From the IMG/VR virus record IMGVR_UViG_3300045988_091437: a stretch of 39,751 nucleotides of DNA, one strand, 5' to 3'. The DNA comes from a virus. How positions within the stretch are numbered: position 1 is the first letter of the stretch; every line of letters begins with the position of its first letter. Below, piece by piece: positions 5,751 to 14,407 of the stretch. The translations under genes and the position numbers were made by a program. A model generated the notes under the pieces. That model made no database searches and had not been told where the DNA came from. It saw nothing but the letters and a program-made list of their open reading frames with translations.

Positions 5751-6194
5751 ATGAGTGAAGAATCAGGAAGAGAGTTTGGATGGGACGATGTCATCCAGAA
5801 TGACGGACAGGAGTTTGAGCCGATCCCGGAAGGGGATTACGATTTTGTCATTGACAAGTTTGAACGCAGCAGATCATCAGGAAGTGCAAAGCTGCCGCCG
5901 TGTAACATGGCGGTCGTATACTTCCGCATCAACCATAAGGGCAGAGAAGTGACTATCCGTGAGAATTACATCCTGCACAGCAAACTGGAATGGAAACTTT
6001 CTGAACTGTTCTGTGCAGCCGGTCTGAAAAAGAAAGGCGAGCCGCTCAAGATGTGCTGGAACCAGCTCCCAGGAAAGACCGGAATGGCGAAAGTTGGTTT
6101 AAGACCTGGAACAAAGGATGCAAGCAAAATGTTTAACTTTATTGACAAGCTTTATGCGAAAGAGGCACAGGGATTCCAGCCAGGGAGATTTTAA
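5751..6194 (+). CDS. DUF669-like phage protein (often partnered with Sak4)
   Basis: ATG 5751 after GGAGGA. The protein reads MSEESGREFGWDDVIQNDGQEFEPIPEGDYDFVI... Its position directly after the Sak4-like gene is typical. Confidence 0.7.
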   Translation: MSEESGREFGWDDVIQNDGQEFEPIPEGDYDFVIDKFERSRSSGSAKLPPCNMAVVYFRINHKGREVTIRENYILHSKLEWKLSELFCAAGLKKKGEPLKMCWNQLPGKTGMAKVGLRPGTKDASKMFNFIDKLYAKEAQGFQPGRF

Positions 6195-7778
6195 ATGGAA
6201 TTACGACCATATCAGCAGGAGGCAAGAGAAGCCATATTTGAACAGTGGGACAGCGGGGTGAAGAAAACCCTGCTGGTCCTTCCAACCGGATGCGGTAAGA
6301 CGATCGTATTTGCCAAGGTAACAGAGGACTGTGTCCGCAGAGGTGACCGGGTGCTGATCCTGGCACACAGGGGCGAACTGCTTAAACAGGCATCCGATAA
6401 AATACGGAAATCGACCGGGCTTGGCTGTGCACTGGAAAAAGCAGAAGAAACCTGCAAGGACAGCTGGTTCCGTATCGCGGTCGGTTCCGTGCAGACGATG
6501 ATGCGTGAAAAGCGGCTCGGCCAGTTCGCAGAAGATTATTTTAATACGATCATCATAGATGAGGCACATCACTGTATTTCTGACAGTTACCAGCGTGTGC
6601 TGCAGCATTTCCCAGATGCCCATGTACTGGGCGTGACAGCCACACCGGACAGGGGCGATATGCGGAACCTTGGTTCCTATTTTGAAACGCTGGCATATGA
6701 ATACACACTTCCAAAAGCGATCAAAGAGGGTTACCTGACGCCGATCAAAGCCCTGACGATCCCATTAAAGATTGACATGAGCGGCGTAACGGTACAGGCA
6801 GGTGACTTTAAAGCCAGTGACATCAGTACTGCCCTGGATCCGTATCTGCAAGGGATCGCGGAAGAGATGCAGAAGTACTGCAAAGATAAAAAGACGGTGG
6901 TATTTTTGCCACTGGTAAAGACCAGCCAGAAATTCCGGGATCTGTTGAATGAATACGGATTCTGTGCCGCAGAAGTAAATGGAGACAGCCAGGACCGGGC
7001 AGAGATCTTAAAGGATTTTGAAGAAGGGAAATATAACGTATTATGCAATTCCATGTTGCTGACAGAAGGATGGGACTGCCCATCCGTGGACTGTGTGGTT
7101 GTCTTAAGACCTACAAAAGTACGCAGCCTGTACTGTCAGATGGTGGGGCGTGGCACCAGGCTGTCACCGGGGAAAGACCACCTGCTTTTACTGGATTTTT
7201 TATGGCACACAGAAAGACATGAGCTGTGTCACCCGGCAAGCCTGATCTGCGAGAACGAGGAAGTGGCACAGAAGATGACGGAAAATCTGGAAAAGGAAGC
7301 AGGTATGCCGGTTGACATCGAGGAGGCAGAGAAGACGGCATCGGAGGACGTTGTCGCACAAAGAGAAGAAGCACTGGCAAAACAGCTTGCAGAAATGAAG
7401 AGACGCAAAAAGAAACTTGTGGATCCGCTGCAGTTTGAGATGAGCATCCAGGCAGAAGACCTGTCCGGGTATGTGCCAAGCTTTGGATGGGAAATGGGAC
7501 CACCTTCTGATAAACAGAAAAACGCACTTGAGAAGCTGGGGATCATGCCGGATCAGATCGACAACGCCGGGAAGGCAGCTAAGATATTAGACCGCCTGGA
7601 CAAGAGAAAACGGGAAGGCCTTACAACCCCGAAACAGATCCGCTTCCTGGAGGGAAAAGGATTCCAGCATGTCGGTACCTGGCAGTTTGAAAAGGCGAAG
7701 AACCTGATCGACCGCATAGCGGCAAATGGCTGGCGAGTCCCAATGGACATAGATCCTGGAACGTATAAAGGAGTATAA
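6195..7778 (+). CDS. SF2 DEAD/DEAH-box DNA helicase
   Basis: 527 aa. Motifs LRPYQ, PTGCGKT (motif I), IIDEAHH (motif II), GVTATP (motif III), and a helicase C domain with GRGTR. Confidence 0.9.
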   Translation: MELRPYQQEAREAIFEQWDSGVKKTLLVLPTGCGKTIVFAKVTEDCVRRGDRVLILAHRGELLKQASDKIRKSTGLGCALEKAEETCKDSWFRIAVGSVQTMMREKRLGQFAEDYFNTIIIDEAHHCISDSYQRVLQHFPDAHVLGVTATPDRGDMRNLGSYFETLAYEYTLPKAIKEGYLTPIKALTIPLKIDMSGVTVQAGDFKASDISTALDPYLQGIAEEMQKYCKDKKTVVFLPLVKTSQKFRDLLNEYGFCAAEVNGDSQDRAEILKDFEEGKYNVLCNSMLLTEGWDCPSVDCVVVLRPTKVRSLYCQMVGRGTRLSPGKDHLLLLDFLWHTERHELCHPASLICENEEVAQKMTENLEKEAGMPVDIEEAEKTASEDVVAQREEALAKQLAEMKRRKKKLVDPLQFEMSIQAEDLSGYVPSFGWEMGPPSDKQKNALEKLGIMPDQIDNAGKAAKILDRLDKRKREGLTTPKQIRFLEGKGFQHVGTWQFEKAKNLIDRIAANGWRVPMDIDPGTYKGV

Positions 7779-7780
7779 AA

Positions 7781-10009
7781 ATGGAACAGAGAACGAGTCT
7801 GACGGAGATCATAGAATACATAAATCCCGGTGACCTGAACTACCAGGAATGGATCAATGTCGGGATGGCGTTGAAACAGGAAGGTTATTCCATGGACTGC
7901 TGGGACGCATGGAGCCGCAGGGATTCTGGACGCTATCATGCAGGGGAATGTGCAAAAAAATGGAAAAGCTTCTCAGGCTCTTCTTCTCCTGTGACCGGCG
8001 GGACCATCGTACAGATGGCATTGGATCATGGATGGGTTCCGGAACGAGGCCATGAACTGGAATGGGATGACATGATCCAGAACGATGACCATGTCATCGT
8101 GAATAAAGAGTGGCTGGAAGGAATGGAACTGCAGGAACCGCAGGAATGGAACCCGGCTGCAGAACTTGTCCGTTACATTGAAACATTATTTGAGGCAGGG
8201 GACAATGTCGGTTATGTGACTGGCAGCTGGGAGCAGAAAGACGAAAAAGGGACACGCTGGCTTCCACAGAAGGGTAGCTGGGACCGTACGGCAGGGCAGC
8301 TGATTGAACAGCTGAACGGATGCCAGGGGGACATCGGGGCAGTACTTGGGGATTATAACCCGGAGGCAGGAGCGTGGATCCGTTTCAACCCATTGGATGG
8401 AAACGGATGCAAGAACACAAATGTCACAGAATACCGCTATGCATTAGTGGAATCAGACCATATGGAGATTGAAAAGCAGAATGCCATTTTAAGGGAACTG
8501 GAGCTTCCAATCGCATGCCTGGTATTTTCAGGGGGCAAAAGTCTCCATGCAATCGTAAAAGTGGATGCTACGGACTGCAACGAATACCGGAAAAGGGTTG
8601 ACTATCTTTATGAAGTCTGCCAGAAAAACGGGATTGTCGTGGACACACAGAACCGGAACCCTTCCAGGCTTTCCAGGATGCCCGGAGTGATGCGAAATGG
8701 AAAGAAACAGTTCCTGGTTGACACCAACATCGGAAAAGCATCCTGGAATGAATGGTATGAGTGGATCGAGGGAATTAATGATGACCTTCCAGAGCCAGAA
8801 GGCCTGGGCGATGTATGGGATAACCTACCGGATCTTTCACCATGTCTGATTGAAGGCATCCTGAGAAAAGGACATAAGATGCTGATCGCAGGACCGTCAA
8901 AAGCAGGGAAATCTTTCTTACAGATTGAGTTGTGCGTGGCGATCGCAGAGGGGAAGAAGTGGCTGAAATGGGACTGTGCACAGGGAAAAGTGCTGTATGT
9001 CAACCTGGAACTTGACCGGGCAAGCTGTCTGCACCGTTTCAAAGATGTGTATACAGCTATGGGTATAGAACAGCCACAATACCTGCAGAACATTGATATC
9101 TGGAACCTGAGAGGTAAGTCGATCCCTATGGATAAGCTGGCACCAAAACTGATCCGGAGGGCTGCAAAAAAGGACTATGTTGCCATCATCATTGATCCGA
9201 TCTACAAGGTCATCACAGGAGATGAGAACAGTGCGGATCAGATGGCGAACTTCTGTAACCAGTTTGACAAAGTATGTACAGAACTTGGCTGTGCAGTGAT
9301 CTATTGCCACCACCACAGCAAAGGAAGCCAGGGCGGTAAGAAGTCCATGGACCGTGCTTCCGGTTCGGGTGTATTTGCCAGGGATCCAGATGCATTGCTG
9401 GACCTGATCGAACTGGAGCCAACCGAAGCATTGATGCAGCAGGAAGAAAACAAGGCGATTTGTAACGCCTGCAAGATGTACCTGGACAGCCGTTTTGCAT
9501 GGCAGGATGATTTATCACAGGATGATCTTCTGAGCTGCAATGCAATGTGGAATTACTGCGAAAACAACCTGGACAAATGGCAGATGATCGCACTGAGCAG
9601 CATGGTAGAGAAAGAAAAGGCAAAAGTAAGGAGCAAGACAGCCTGGAGAATTGAGGGGACGCTTCGAGAGTTCCCAAAGTTTGAACCGGTCAATCTCTGG
9701 TTTGATTATCCAGTGCACCGCCTGGATGAGATTGGAAGCCTGAAAGATCTCCAGCTTGAGGCACAGGATCCGCCATGGAAAAAGGGAACCAAGAGCAATA
9801 AAAAGAACGCAGCAACGAGAAAAGCAGACCGGAAAAAAGCCCTGGAAACGGCATTGGAGGGAAGTAACTTTGGAGACGAACCGACAGTAAGTGATGTCGC
9901 AGATTATCTTGGCGTATCCGTAAGGACGGCGAGGGATCGTATAAATGAGCATGGTGATTATGTCATTGAAGACGGAATCGTAAGAAAGAAGAGCGGAGGG
10001 GAAGGCTGA
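7781..10009 (+). CDS. Bifunctional primase-polymerase / RepA-DnaB-like helicase
   Basis: 742 aa. It has an N-terminal PriCT-like region, a central primase-like region, a Walker A GPSKAGKS with AIIIDPI (AAA_25-like), and a C-terminal HTH (VADYLGVSVRTARDRI). Confidence 0.8.
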   Translation: MEQRTSLTEIIEYINPGDLNYQEWINVGMALKQEGYSMDCWDAWSRRDSGRYHAGECAKKWKSFSGSSSPVTGGTIVQMALDHGWVPERGHELEWDDMIQNDDHVIVNKEWLEGMELQEPQEWNPAAELVRYIETLFEAGDNVGYVTGSWEQKDEKGTRWLPQKGSWDRTAGQLIEQLNGCQGDIGAVLGDYNPEAGAWIRFNPLDGNGCKNTNVTEYRYALVESDHMEIEKQNAILRELELPIACLVFSGGKSLHAIVKVDATDCNEYRKRVDYLYEVCQKNGIVVDTQNRNPSRLSRMPGVMRNGKKQFLVDTNIGKASWNEWYEWIEGINDDLPEPEGLGDVWDNLPDLSPCLIEGILRKGHKMLIAGPSKAGKSFLQIELCVAIAEGKKWLKWDCAQGKVLYVNLELDRASCLHRFKDVYTAMGIEQPQYLQNIDIWNLRGKSIPMDKLAPKLIRRAAKKDYVAIIIDPIYKVITGDENSADQMANFCNQFDKVCTELGCAVIYCHHHSKGSQGGKKSMDRASGSGVFARDPDALLDLIELEPTEALMQQEENKAICNACKMYLDSRFAWQDDLSQDDLLSCNAMWNYCENNLDKWQMIALSSMVEKEKAKVRSKTAWRIEGTLREFPKFEPVNLWFDYPVHRLDEIGSLKDLQLEAQDPPWKKGTKSNKKNAATRKADRKKALETALEGSNFGDEPTVSDVADYLGVSVRTARDRINEHGDYVIEDGIVRKKSGGEG

Positions 10010-10292
10010 AAGTTTAGGCTTCCCCGCAAAGTGGAAAAGTGAGGGAAAGACTGAAAATAAGACTTCCCCTCCGAGGGTGGATGTTGCGGGAAAGACTGCT
10101 TTTTCAGTCTTCCCCCTGTTGCGGGGAAGACACATATATACTACGTATATATATTCGGGTTCCCCCTCACGGTGTCACGGGGGTAGGAGAGGGACGGGCC
10201 TTAGGGCTGCCCGGCCCCGTCTCCCTTCCCCCTCCCCGATGACAAGGGCACGGACAAAGAAAAAATGAAATTTAAGACTTTAAAGAGGTGAA
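10010..10292. other. Putative origin of replication: iteron/hairpin-rich non-coding region
   Basis: (C/G)TTCCCC occurs at 10019, 10063, 10109 and 10159, with inverted GGGGAAG/GGGAAAG at 10123, 10043 and 10088. An AT-rich block sits at 10133-10155 and GC-rich stems at 10185-10235. The region directly follows the primase/helicase gene. Confidence 0.5.
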
Positions 10293-10298
10293 GTGATA

Positions 10299-10700
10299 AT
10301 GATTCAATTTTTTATGCCAATGGAACCGCCGACCGTAACACACCAGGAACATAAAGTTTCTGTGGTCAATGGCAAACCAGTGTTCTATGACCCGCCGGAA
10401 TTAAAAAGAGCCAGACAGAAGATCATCGGACATCTGTGCAAGTATAAACCGGTAGACATGGAACCGTACCAGGAAGGTGTGAGACTGGTGACAAAGTGGT
10501 GCTTCGCACAGGGAAAAAAACATAAGGACGGAGAATACCGGATCACAAAGCCGGATACCGACAATCTCCAGAAGCTGCTGAAAGACTGTATGACAACCGT
10601 AGGATTCTGGGAAGATGATGCACTGGTAGCCTCAGAGATAGCCGAGAAGTTCTGGGCACGTATCCCTGGGATCTATATCCGGATTGAGAAGCTGCCATGA
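10299..10700 (+). CDS. rusA: RusA-family Holliday junction resolvase
   Basis: KPDTDNLQKLLKDCM...WEDDALV fits RusA. ATG 10299 lies 8 nt after AGAGGTG, whereas the ORF-track GTG 10293 is only 2 nt after the SD. Confidence 0.8.
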   Translation: MIQFFMPMEPPTVTHQEHKVSVVNGKPVFYDPPELKRARQKIIGHLCKYKPVDMEPYQEGVRLVTKWCFAQGKKHKDGEYRITKPDTDNLQKLLKDCMTTVGFWEDDALVASEIAEKFWARIPGIYIRIEKLP

Positions 10701-10936
10701 CAGCGGCAGAAAAACAACAGCATTACCAGATCACAGTGGACTGTTGGAGATTGCTGCTGAAATACCAGGAACCGGTATCAGCACAGGAATACTGGGAGCG
10801 GCTTGTAGAAGACGCCAGGAAGATAGCAGAACGGTACGAGCATCTTCGTTTTGCAGAAAAGACAATCCTGGCTGTCTTAGAAGAAATAGATCGGATTTGG
10901 AGGACGAAAAGTGAAAAGATTAACAACCGCATATGA
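10697..10936 (+). CDS. Hypothetical protein
   Basis: 79-aa ORF. ATGA overlap with the RusA stop. Confidence 0.55.
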   Translation: MTAAEKQQHYQITVDCWRLLLKYQEPVSAQEYWERLVEDARKIAERYEHLRFAEKTILAVLEEIDRIWRTKSEKINNRI

Positions 10937-11498
10937 GCGGGTTTGGACAGATGGAAGTGCAGAAATGCAATACATGGCAAACGCATCAGATCTGGAGGTA
11001 GTAAACAGATTAGGGGCGTACGAAGACGCAGAGGAAGAGGGCAGATTGTTTATTGTGCCATGTAAACCAGGTGATGTGATCTATGAAGTTGAGGTGTTTG
11101 AACATCCTGAATGGAATTGTCACGTTCGCGGATTTATCGTCCAAGACGTATCGACAAAACAGGTCAAGTATTCAGATGATTGGGTAGATTGGGATGCCCC
11201 TTATCTGTACACAGACGAAAAAGAAGCGGAAGCGAAAACAAGACAGTTAAGAAATCAAAGAAAACGTTTGGAATCCGGATGGATTCCGGTGACAGAGAGA
11301 TTGCCGGAAAATGGTGATTATGTGCTGATGTCGTTTGAAAATTTCCCCCTTGCGTCTACTGGGTATTATGTAGGAAATAAAGAAAGAGGCGGTAACTGGT
11401 ATTTAGCTAATTGGATTGATGAATATACCTGTCTGGCAAATGACCTGTTCGTTAATGCCTGGATGCCGCTGCCAGAACCATACAGGGAGGATGAGTAA
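10911..11498 (+). CDS. DUF551-domain protein
   Basis: The C-terminal GWIPVTERLPENGDYVL...VNAWMPLPEPY is DUF551-like. GTG start 6 nt after GGAGGA. Confidence 0.65.
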   Translation: MKRLTTAYERVWTDGSAEMQYMANASDLEVVNRLGAYEDAEEEGRLFIVPCKPGDVIYEVEVFEHPEWNCHVRGFIVQDVSTKQVKYSDDWVDWDAPYLYTDEKEAEAKTRQLRNQRKRLESGWIPVTERLPENGDYVLMSFENFPLASTGYYVGNKERGGNWYLANWIDEYTCLANDLFVNAWMPLPEPYREDE

Positions 11499-11499
11499 C

Positions 11500-11883
11500 A
11501 TGACAATATACCATAAAACATTGCAGTACCACGAAGGTGGGAAACAGCCAGTGCTTCCAGTGCTGAAAAATAATGAACAGCGGAGAGCGTGGCTCAGAAA
11601 ATACAAAGAATGGGGATTGTGGTACGAAGACGAGAATATTGGATGTAAATATTACAAGTACGATTTTGACAACGGGGCAAGATTGATCGCGGAAACATAT
11701 ATCATTCCGGGCAATAAACACACTCCGGAAAGAGAAAGCTGTTATTTCCATCTGGTAGGAGGCCCGGAGGCTGAAAAGAAAAATGGAGTTCCTAAGTGGA
11801 ATGTAAGAGAAGCTTACAGCAAATATCCCAACAGTGAAACGGAACTGGCAGAATTTTTGAAATCATTACAGAAGGGGAAATAA
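11500..11883 (+). CDS. Hypothetical protein
   Basis: ATG 11500 follows the upstream stop. Begins MTIYHKTLQYHEGGKQ... No recognisable motif. Confidence 0.55.
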   Translation: MTIYHKTLQYHEGGKQPVLPVLKNNEQRRAWLRKYKEWGLWYEDENIGCKYYKYDFDNGARLIAETYIIPGNKHTPERESCYFHLVGGPEAEKKNGVPKWNVREAYSKYPNSETELAEFLKSLQKGK

Positions 11884-11886
11884 AAA

Positions 11887-12060
11887 ATGAATTACAACAG
11901 AACGTGTAACACATGCAGATACCACGATGAGGGAATGTGTTATTGCCCGAAGAGTGAAGAGTTCAGAGATGTTACAGTGAACACATACTGCTGTGGACAA
12001 TACGAAAGAAGCTGGAAAAAAGCCATGGTTGAGGCGTTCATGAAAGGGGCAAGAAGATGA
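11887..12060 (+). CDS. 57-aa Cys-rich small protein (absent from the ORF track)
   Basis: Hand translation MNYNRTCNTCRYHDEGMCYCPKSEEFRDVTVNTYCCGQYERSWKKAMVEAFMKGARR. GAAGGGGA lies 8 nt upstream. ATGA overlap with the next gene. Confidence 0.5.
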   Translation: MNYNRTCNTCRYHDEGMCYCPKSEEFRDVTVNTYCCGQYERSWKKAMVEAFMKGARR

Positions 12061-12674
12061 GATATGTGAGATTTATGAGTATCGAAGAGCTAAACAAATA
12101 CCTGAGCGGAGAGAAGTTGAAAAACAATACCGTGTGGAGAGGTAGAGGAGATAAGACGGACTCTGTGGGATTCTGCTTCTTTGACGATTCCGAATCCCCA
12201 GAGGAACGTTTGGAATATTATTCCAGAGGAGTAACCTGTAGTACGGATGTATGGGCGGTGTTCGAACAGATTAGCGGGGAACCGTTGAGACAATGCACAG
12301 GAATATACCGGGATCCGGAAAAAGATAATGCAAGTATTGAACAGAAGATGCTGGAAGCATTTACAGCTGTTCTGTGCGGAAAATTCCCGGATATCCCAAC
12401 AATGGAGGTAACTGAGTACAGTACAACGGAATACAGCCAGGAGACGCTGAAACTGGTGGCAGTTGGACAAGAGAGCCACCATGGTATACACTGGCTGTCG
12501 CGTGCAGAAGTGAATGAGTTATTGCCCAGGAAACCACTGACTGTATTTGGAAATTTTGGTGTGGTGGGATATGAATGTAGAAACTGCGGCGTCGTACTTA
12601 TAAAAAATAGCTTGACCTGTCCATTGTGCGGACAGGCACAGGATTGGAGTGATGTGTGCGATGAAAGCAGCTGA
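12057..12674 (+). CDS. Hypothetical protein with C-terminal zinc ribbon
   Basis: 205 aa. CRNCG...CPLCG sits near the C-terminus. Confidence 0.6.
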   Translation: MRYVRFMSIEELNKYLSGEKLKNNTVWRGRGDKTDSVGFCFFDDSESPEERLEYYSRGVTCSTDVWAVFEQISGEPLRQCTGIYRDPEKDNASIEQKMLEAFTAVLCGKFPDIPTMEVTEYSTTEYSQETLKLVAVGQESHHGIHWLSRAEVNELLPRKPLTVFGNFGVVGYECRNCGVVLIKNSLTCPLCGQAQDWSDVCDESS

Positions 12675-12720
12675 GAAGAACGCCAAACGGCGGGCACATT
12701 ATAACCATCTGTAGCGTGCA

Positions 12721-12912
12721 GTGGATGCTGAGGCGGCTAAACGATTCCAGGAGCCGACCTATTCACAGCGGATCCCTCACTATGTGAAACAGGTATATGA
12801 ACAGCTGGAACTGGCAGCAGGCCTGAGCGGGTTCGAGATTGTCGGTCTGAGGGACAGACGGACCGGCAGGGAATACTATAAGGCAGATAACGAAGTACAT
12901 GAAAGAAAATAA
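12721..12912 (+). CDS. Hypothetical protein
   Basis: 63-aa ORF with a GTG start. An in-frame 17-codon ATG ORF lies just upstream, separated by one TAG. Confidence 0.4.
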   Translation: MDAEAAKRFQEPTYSQRIPHYVKQVYEQLELAAGLSGFEIVGLRDRRTGREYYKADNEVHERK

Positions 12913-12939
12913 TAGCAAGGAAATGCATGAGGGGAGGCG

Positions 12940-13362
12940 ATGCCGGTGGAGATGACAGAAAACGACAAGAAAAAAGCGTTCCTGCGAAGATACCGGGAAT
13001 GTGAACGGAGGGAGCAGGAGATCCTGGAAGAGATCCAGAGGCTCCGGATGGATCAGATGTTTCCATCCAGTGTAAATGACGGGATGCCGAAAGGCAGCCA
13101 GCAGTCCGATCTGTCGGATTATGTGGTAGCTATGGAAAGACAGATCGGTCGGTTGAAACGGGAACGGCTGAAAAAAGCAAGGACACGTGAACAGATCGAC
13201 CTGGCGATCAGACGGATGGAAAACCCGGATGAACAGAGGGTGTTGCGACTGAGGTATCTGTGGGGGCTTAAGTGGGAAGAAGTAGCAGTAAAAATGAGTT
13301 ACAGCTGGAAACAGATACATAGATTGCATAGTTCTGCGTTGGATAATTTTGAGATGACATAG
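12940..13362 (+). CDS. DUF1492/ArpU/RinA-like late-gene transcriptional activator (sigma region-4-like)
   Basis: DEQRVLRLRYLWGLKWEEVAVKMSYSWKQIHRLHSSAL is a sigma70 region-4-like HTH. The gene sits just upstream of the terminase genes. The start could also be GTG 12946. Confidence 0.75.
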   Translation: MPVEMTENDKKKAFLRRYRECERREQEILEEIQRLRMDQMFPSSVNDGMPKGSQQSDLSDYVVAMERQIGRLKRERLKKARTREQIDLAIRRMENPDEQRVLRLRYLWGLKWEEVAVKMSYSWKQIHRLHSSALDNFEMT

Positions 13363-13488
13363 AATGACACACTCCACCTGTGATATAGTGTAATCAGTTC
13401 AGTTTGGGAATGATGCTGACATGATTGGTTCTTTTCATTTACCTCTAAGTATTTTGGCAACTGCCGGGTCTCAACAGCCCGGCAGCAT

Positions 13489-13560
13489 CGGAACATAGCT
13501 CAGCGGCGAGAGCAGTCTCATGAGTAGACAAGGGCGAAGGTTCGAGTCCTTCTGTTCCGA
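13489..13560 (+). tRNA. tRNA-like gene with an irregular anticodon arm (anticodon formally UGA; identity unresolved)
   Basis: The acceptor stem is CGGAACA/TGTTCCG followed by A. The D arm is GCTC-AGCGGCGA-GAGC and the T arm is GAAGG-TTCGAGT-CCTTC. The anticodon arm has only 4 bp (GTCT/AGAC) with loop CATGAGT, which puts A at position 33. The variable loop is short. Confidence 0.6.
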
Positions 13561-13620
13561 TTTCCCTGATGGGGACATATAAGAATCCTTTCTCAAAAAG
13601 AATACTACATTTTCCGCAAA

Positions 13621-13652
13621 AAGACATCTGGCAATGCTGGGTGTCTTTTTGT
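13621..13652 (+). terminator. Rho-independent terminator upstream of terS
   Basis: AGACATCTGG / CTGGGTGTCT forms a stem with G-U pairs and is followed by TTTTTGTG. Confidence 0.65.
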
Positions 13653-13687
13653 GTACTTACAAAACGACGAATAAGAGGTGGTGAGGC

Positions 13688-14407
13688 TTGGCAAGAGCAC
13701 CGGATAAACGAATAGAACAAGCAAAACAGATGTATTTGCAGGGACAGAAATTAGTTGAGATTGCAAGTCAACTAAATATCCCGGAAGGGACAGTCCGAAG
13801 ATGGAAATGCACGCACAAATGGGAAAACGAGCGTTCGGATATAAAAAGCGAACGTTCGAAAAAGAGAAAAAAAGGCGGTCAGCCGGGGAACAGAAATGCG
13901 ACCGGGCCGCCTGGGAATAAGAATGCTGAGAAGTATGGATTCTTCCGGAAATACCTGCCGGAGGAAACACAGGAGATCTTTTCAGCGATTGAACAGGCTG
14001 ACCCGCTGGATCTTCTATGGCATCAGATTCAGATCGCATACGCTGCCATTATACGTGCACAGCGTATTGCCTACGTGAAGGATCAGCAGGACAAGACGAT
14101 CGAAAAAATAGAAAACAAAGAAGGAAACGTTTTCGGAGAGAAATGGGAAGTACAACAGGCATGGGACAAGCAGAATGAGTTCCTGAAAGCCCAGGCAAGG
14201 GCACAGGGCGAGCTGAGGAACATGATCAAGCAGTATGACGAGATGCTGCATAAAAACTGGGAGGCAGCCAGTGAGGAACAAAAGGCACGCATCCAGCAGT
14301 TAAAGGCACAGGCAGACAAAATCAGCAGGGAAAACGGAAACGAAGACCAGGAAGACGGGGTGGAGATTATCAATGACGCACCAAAAGAAACAGGTACGGA
14401 TATCTGA
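13688..14407 (+). CDS. terS: Terminase small subunit
   Basis: TTG start after AAGAGGTGGTGAGG. N-terminal HTH (LVEIASQLNIPEGTVRRWK). The GGQPGNRNATGPPGNKNAEKYGFF motif is typical of Firmicutes TerS. Confidence 0.85.
   Translation: MARAPDKRIEQAKQMYLQGQKLVEIASQLNIPEGTVRRWKCTHKWENERSDIKSERSKKRKKGGQPGNRNATGPPGNKNAEKYGFFRKYLPEETQEIFSAIEQADPLDLLWHQIQIAYAAIIRAQRIAYVKDQQDKTIEKIENKEGNVFGEKWEVQQAWDKQNEFLKAQARAQGELRNMIKQYDEMLHKNWEAASEEQKARIQQLKAQADKISRENGNEDQEDGVEIINDAPKETGTDI

Noticed and set aside
10039-10268. ORF-track ORFs 10039-10242 and 10077-10268 in the region after the primase gene.
   Set aside because: They have no RBS and a Pro/Gly/Arg-rich low-complexity translation. They coincide with iterons and hairpins, so the region is treated as a non-coding ori.
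12661-12912. A 17-codon ATG ORF (MKAAEKNAKRRAHYNHL) is in frame with the 12721 ORF and separated only by TAG 12712. This could mean amber read-through or recoding, and a phage tRNA is nearby.
   Set aside because: All large genes are intact under the standard code with TAG/TGA/TAA stops. The tRNA anticodon arm contains no CUA. It is most likely coincidence or a start-site ambiguity.
13445-14039. Minus-strand ORFs 13445-13720 and 13605-14039 spanning the tRNA, the terminator and the start of terS.
   Set aside because: They overlap a tRNA-like gene, a terminator and the clearly recognisable TerS coding region, and have no translation signals.
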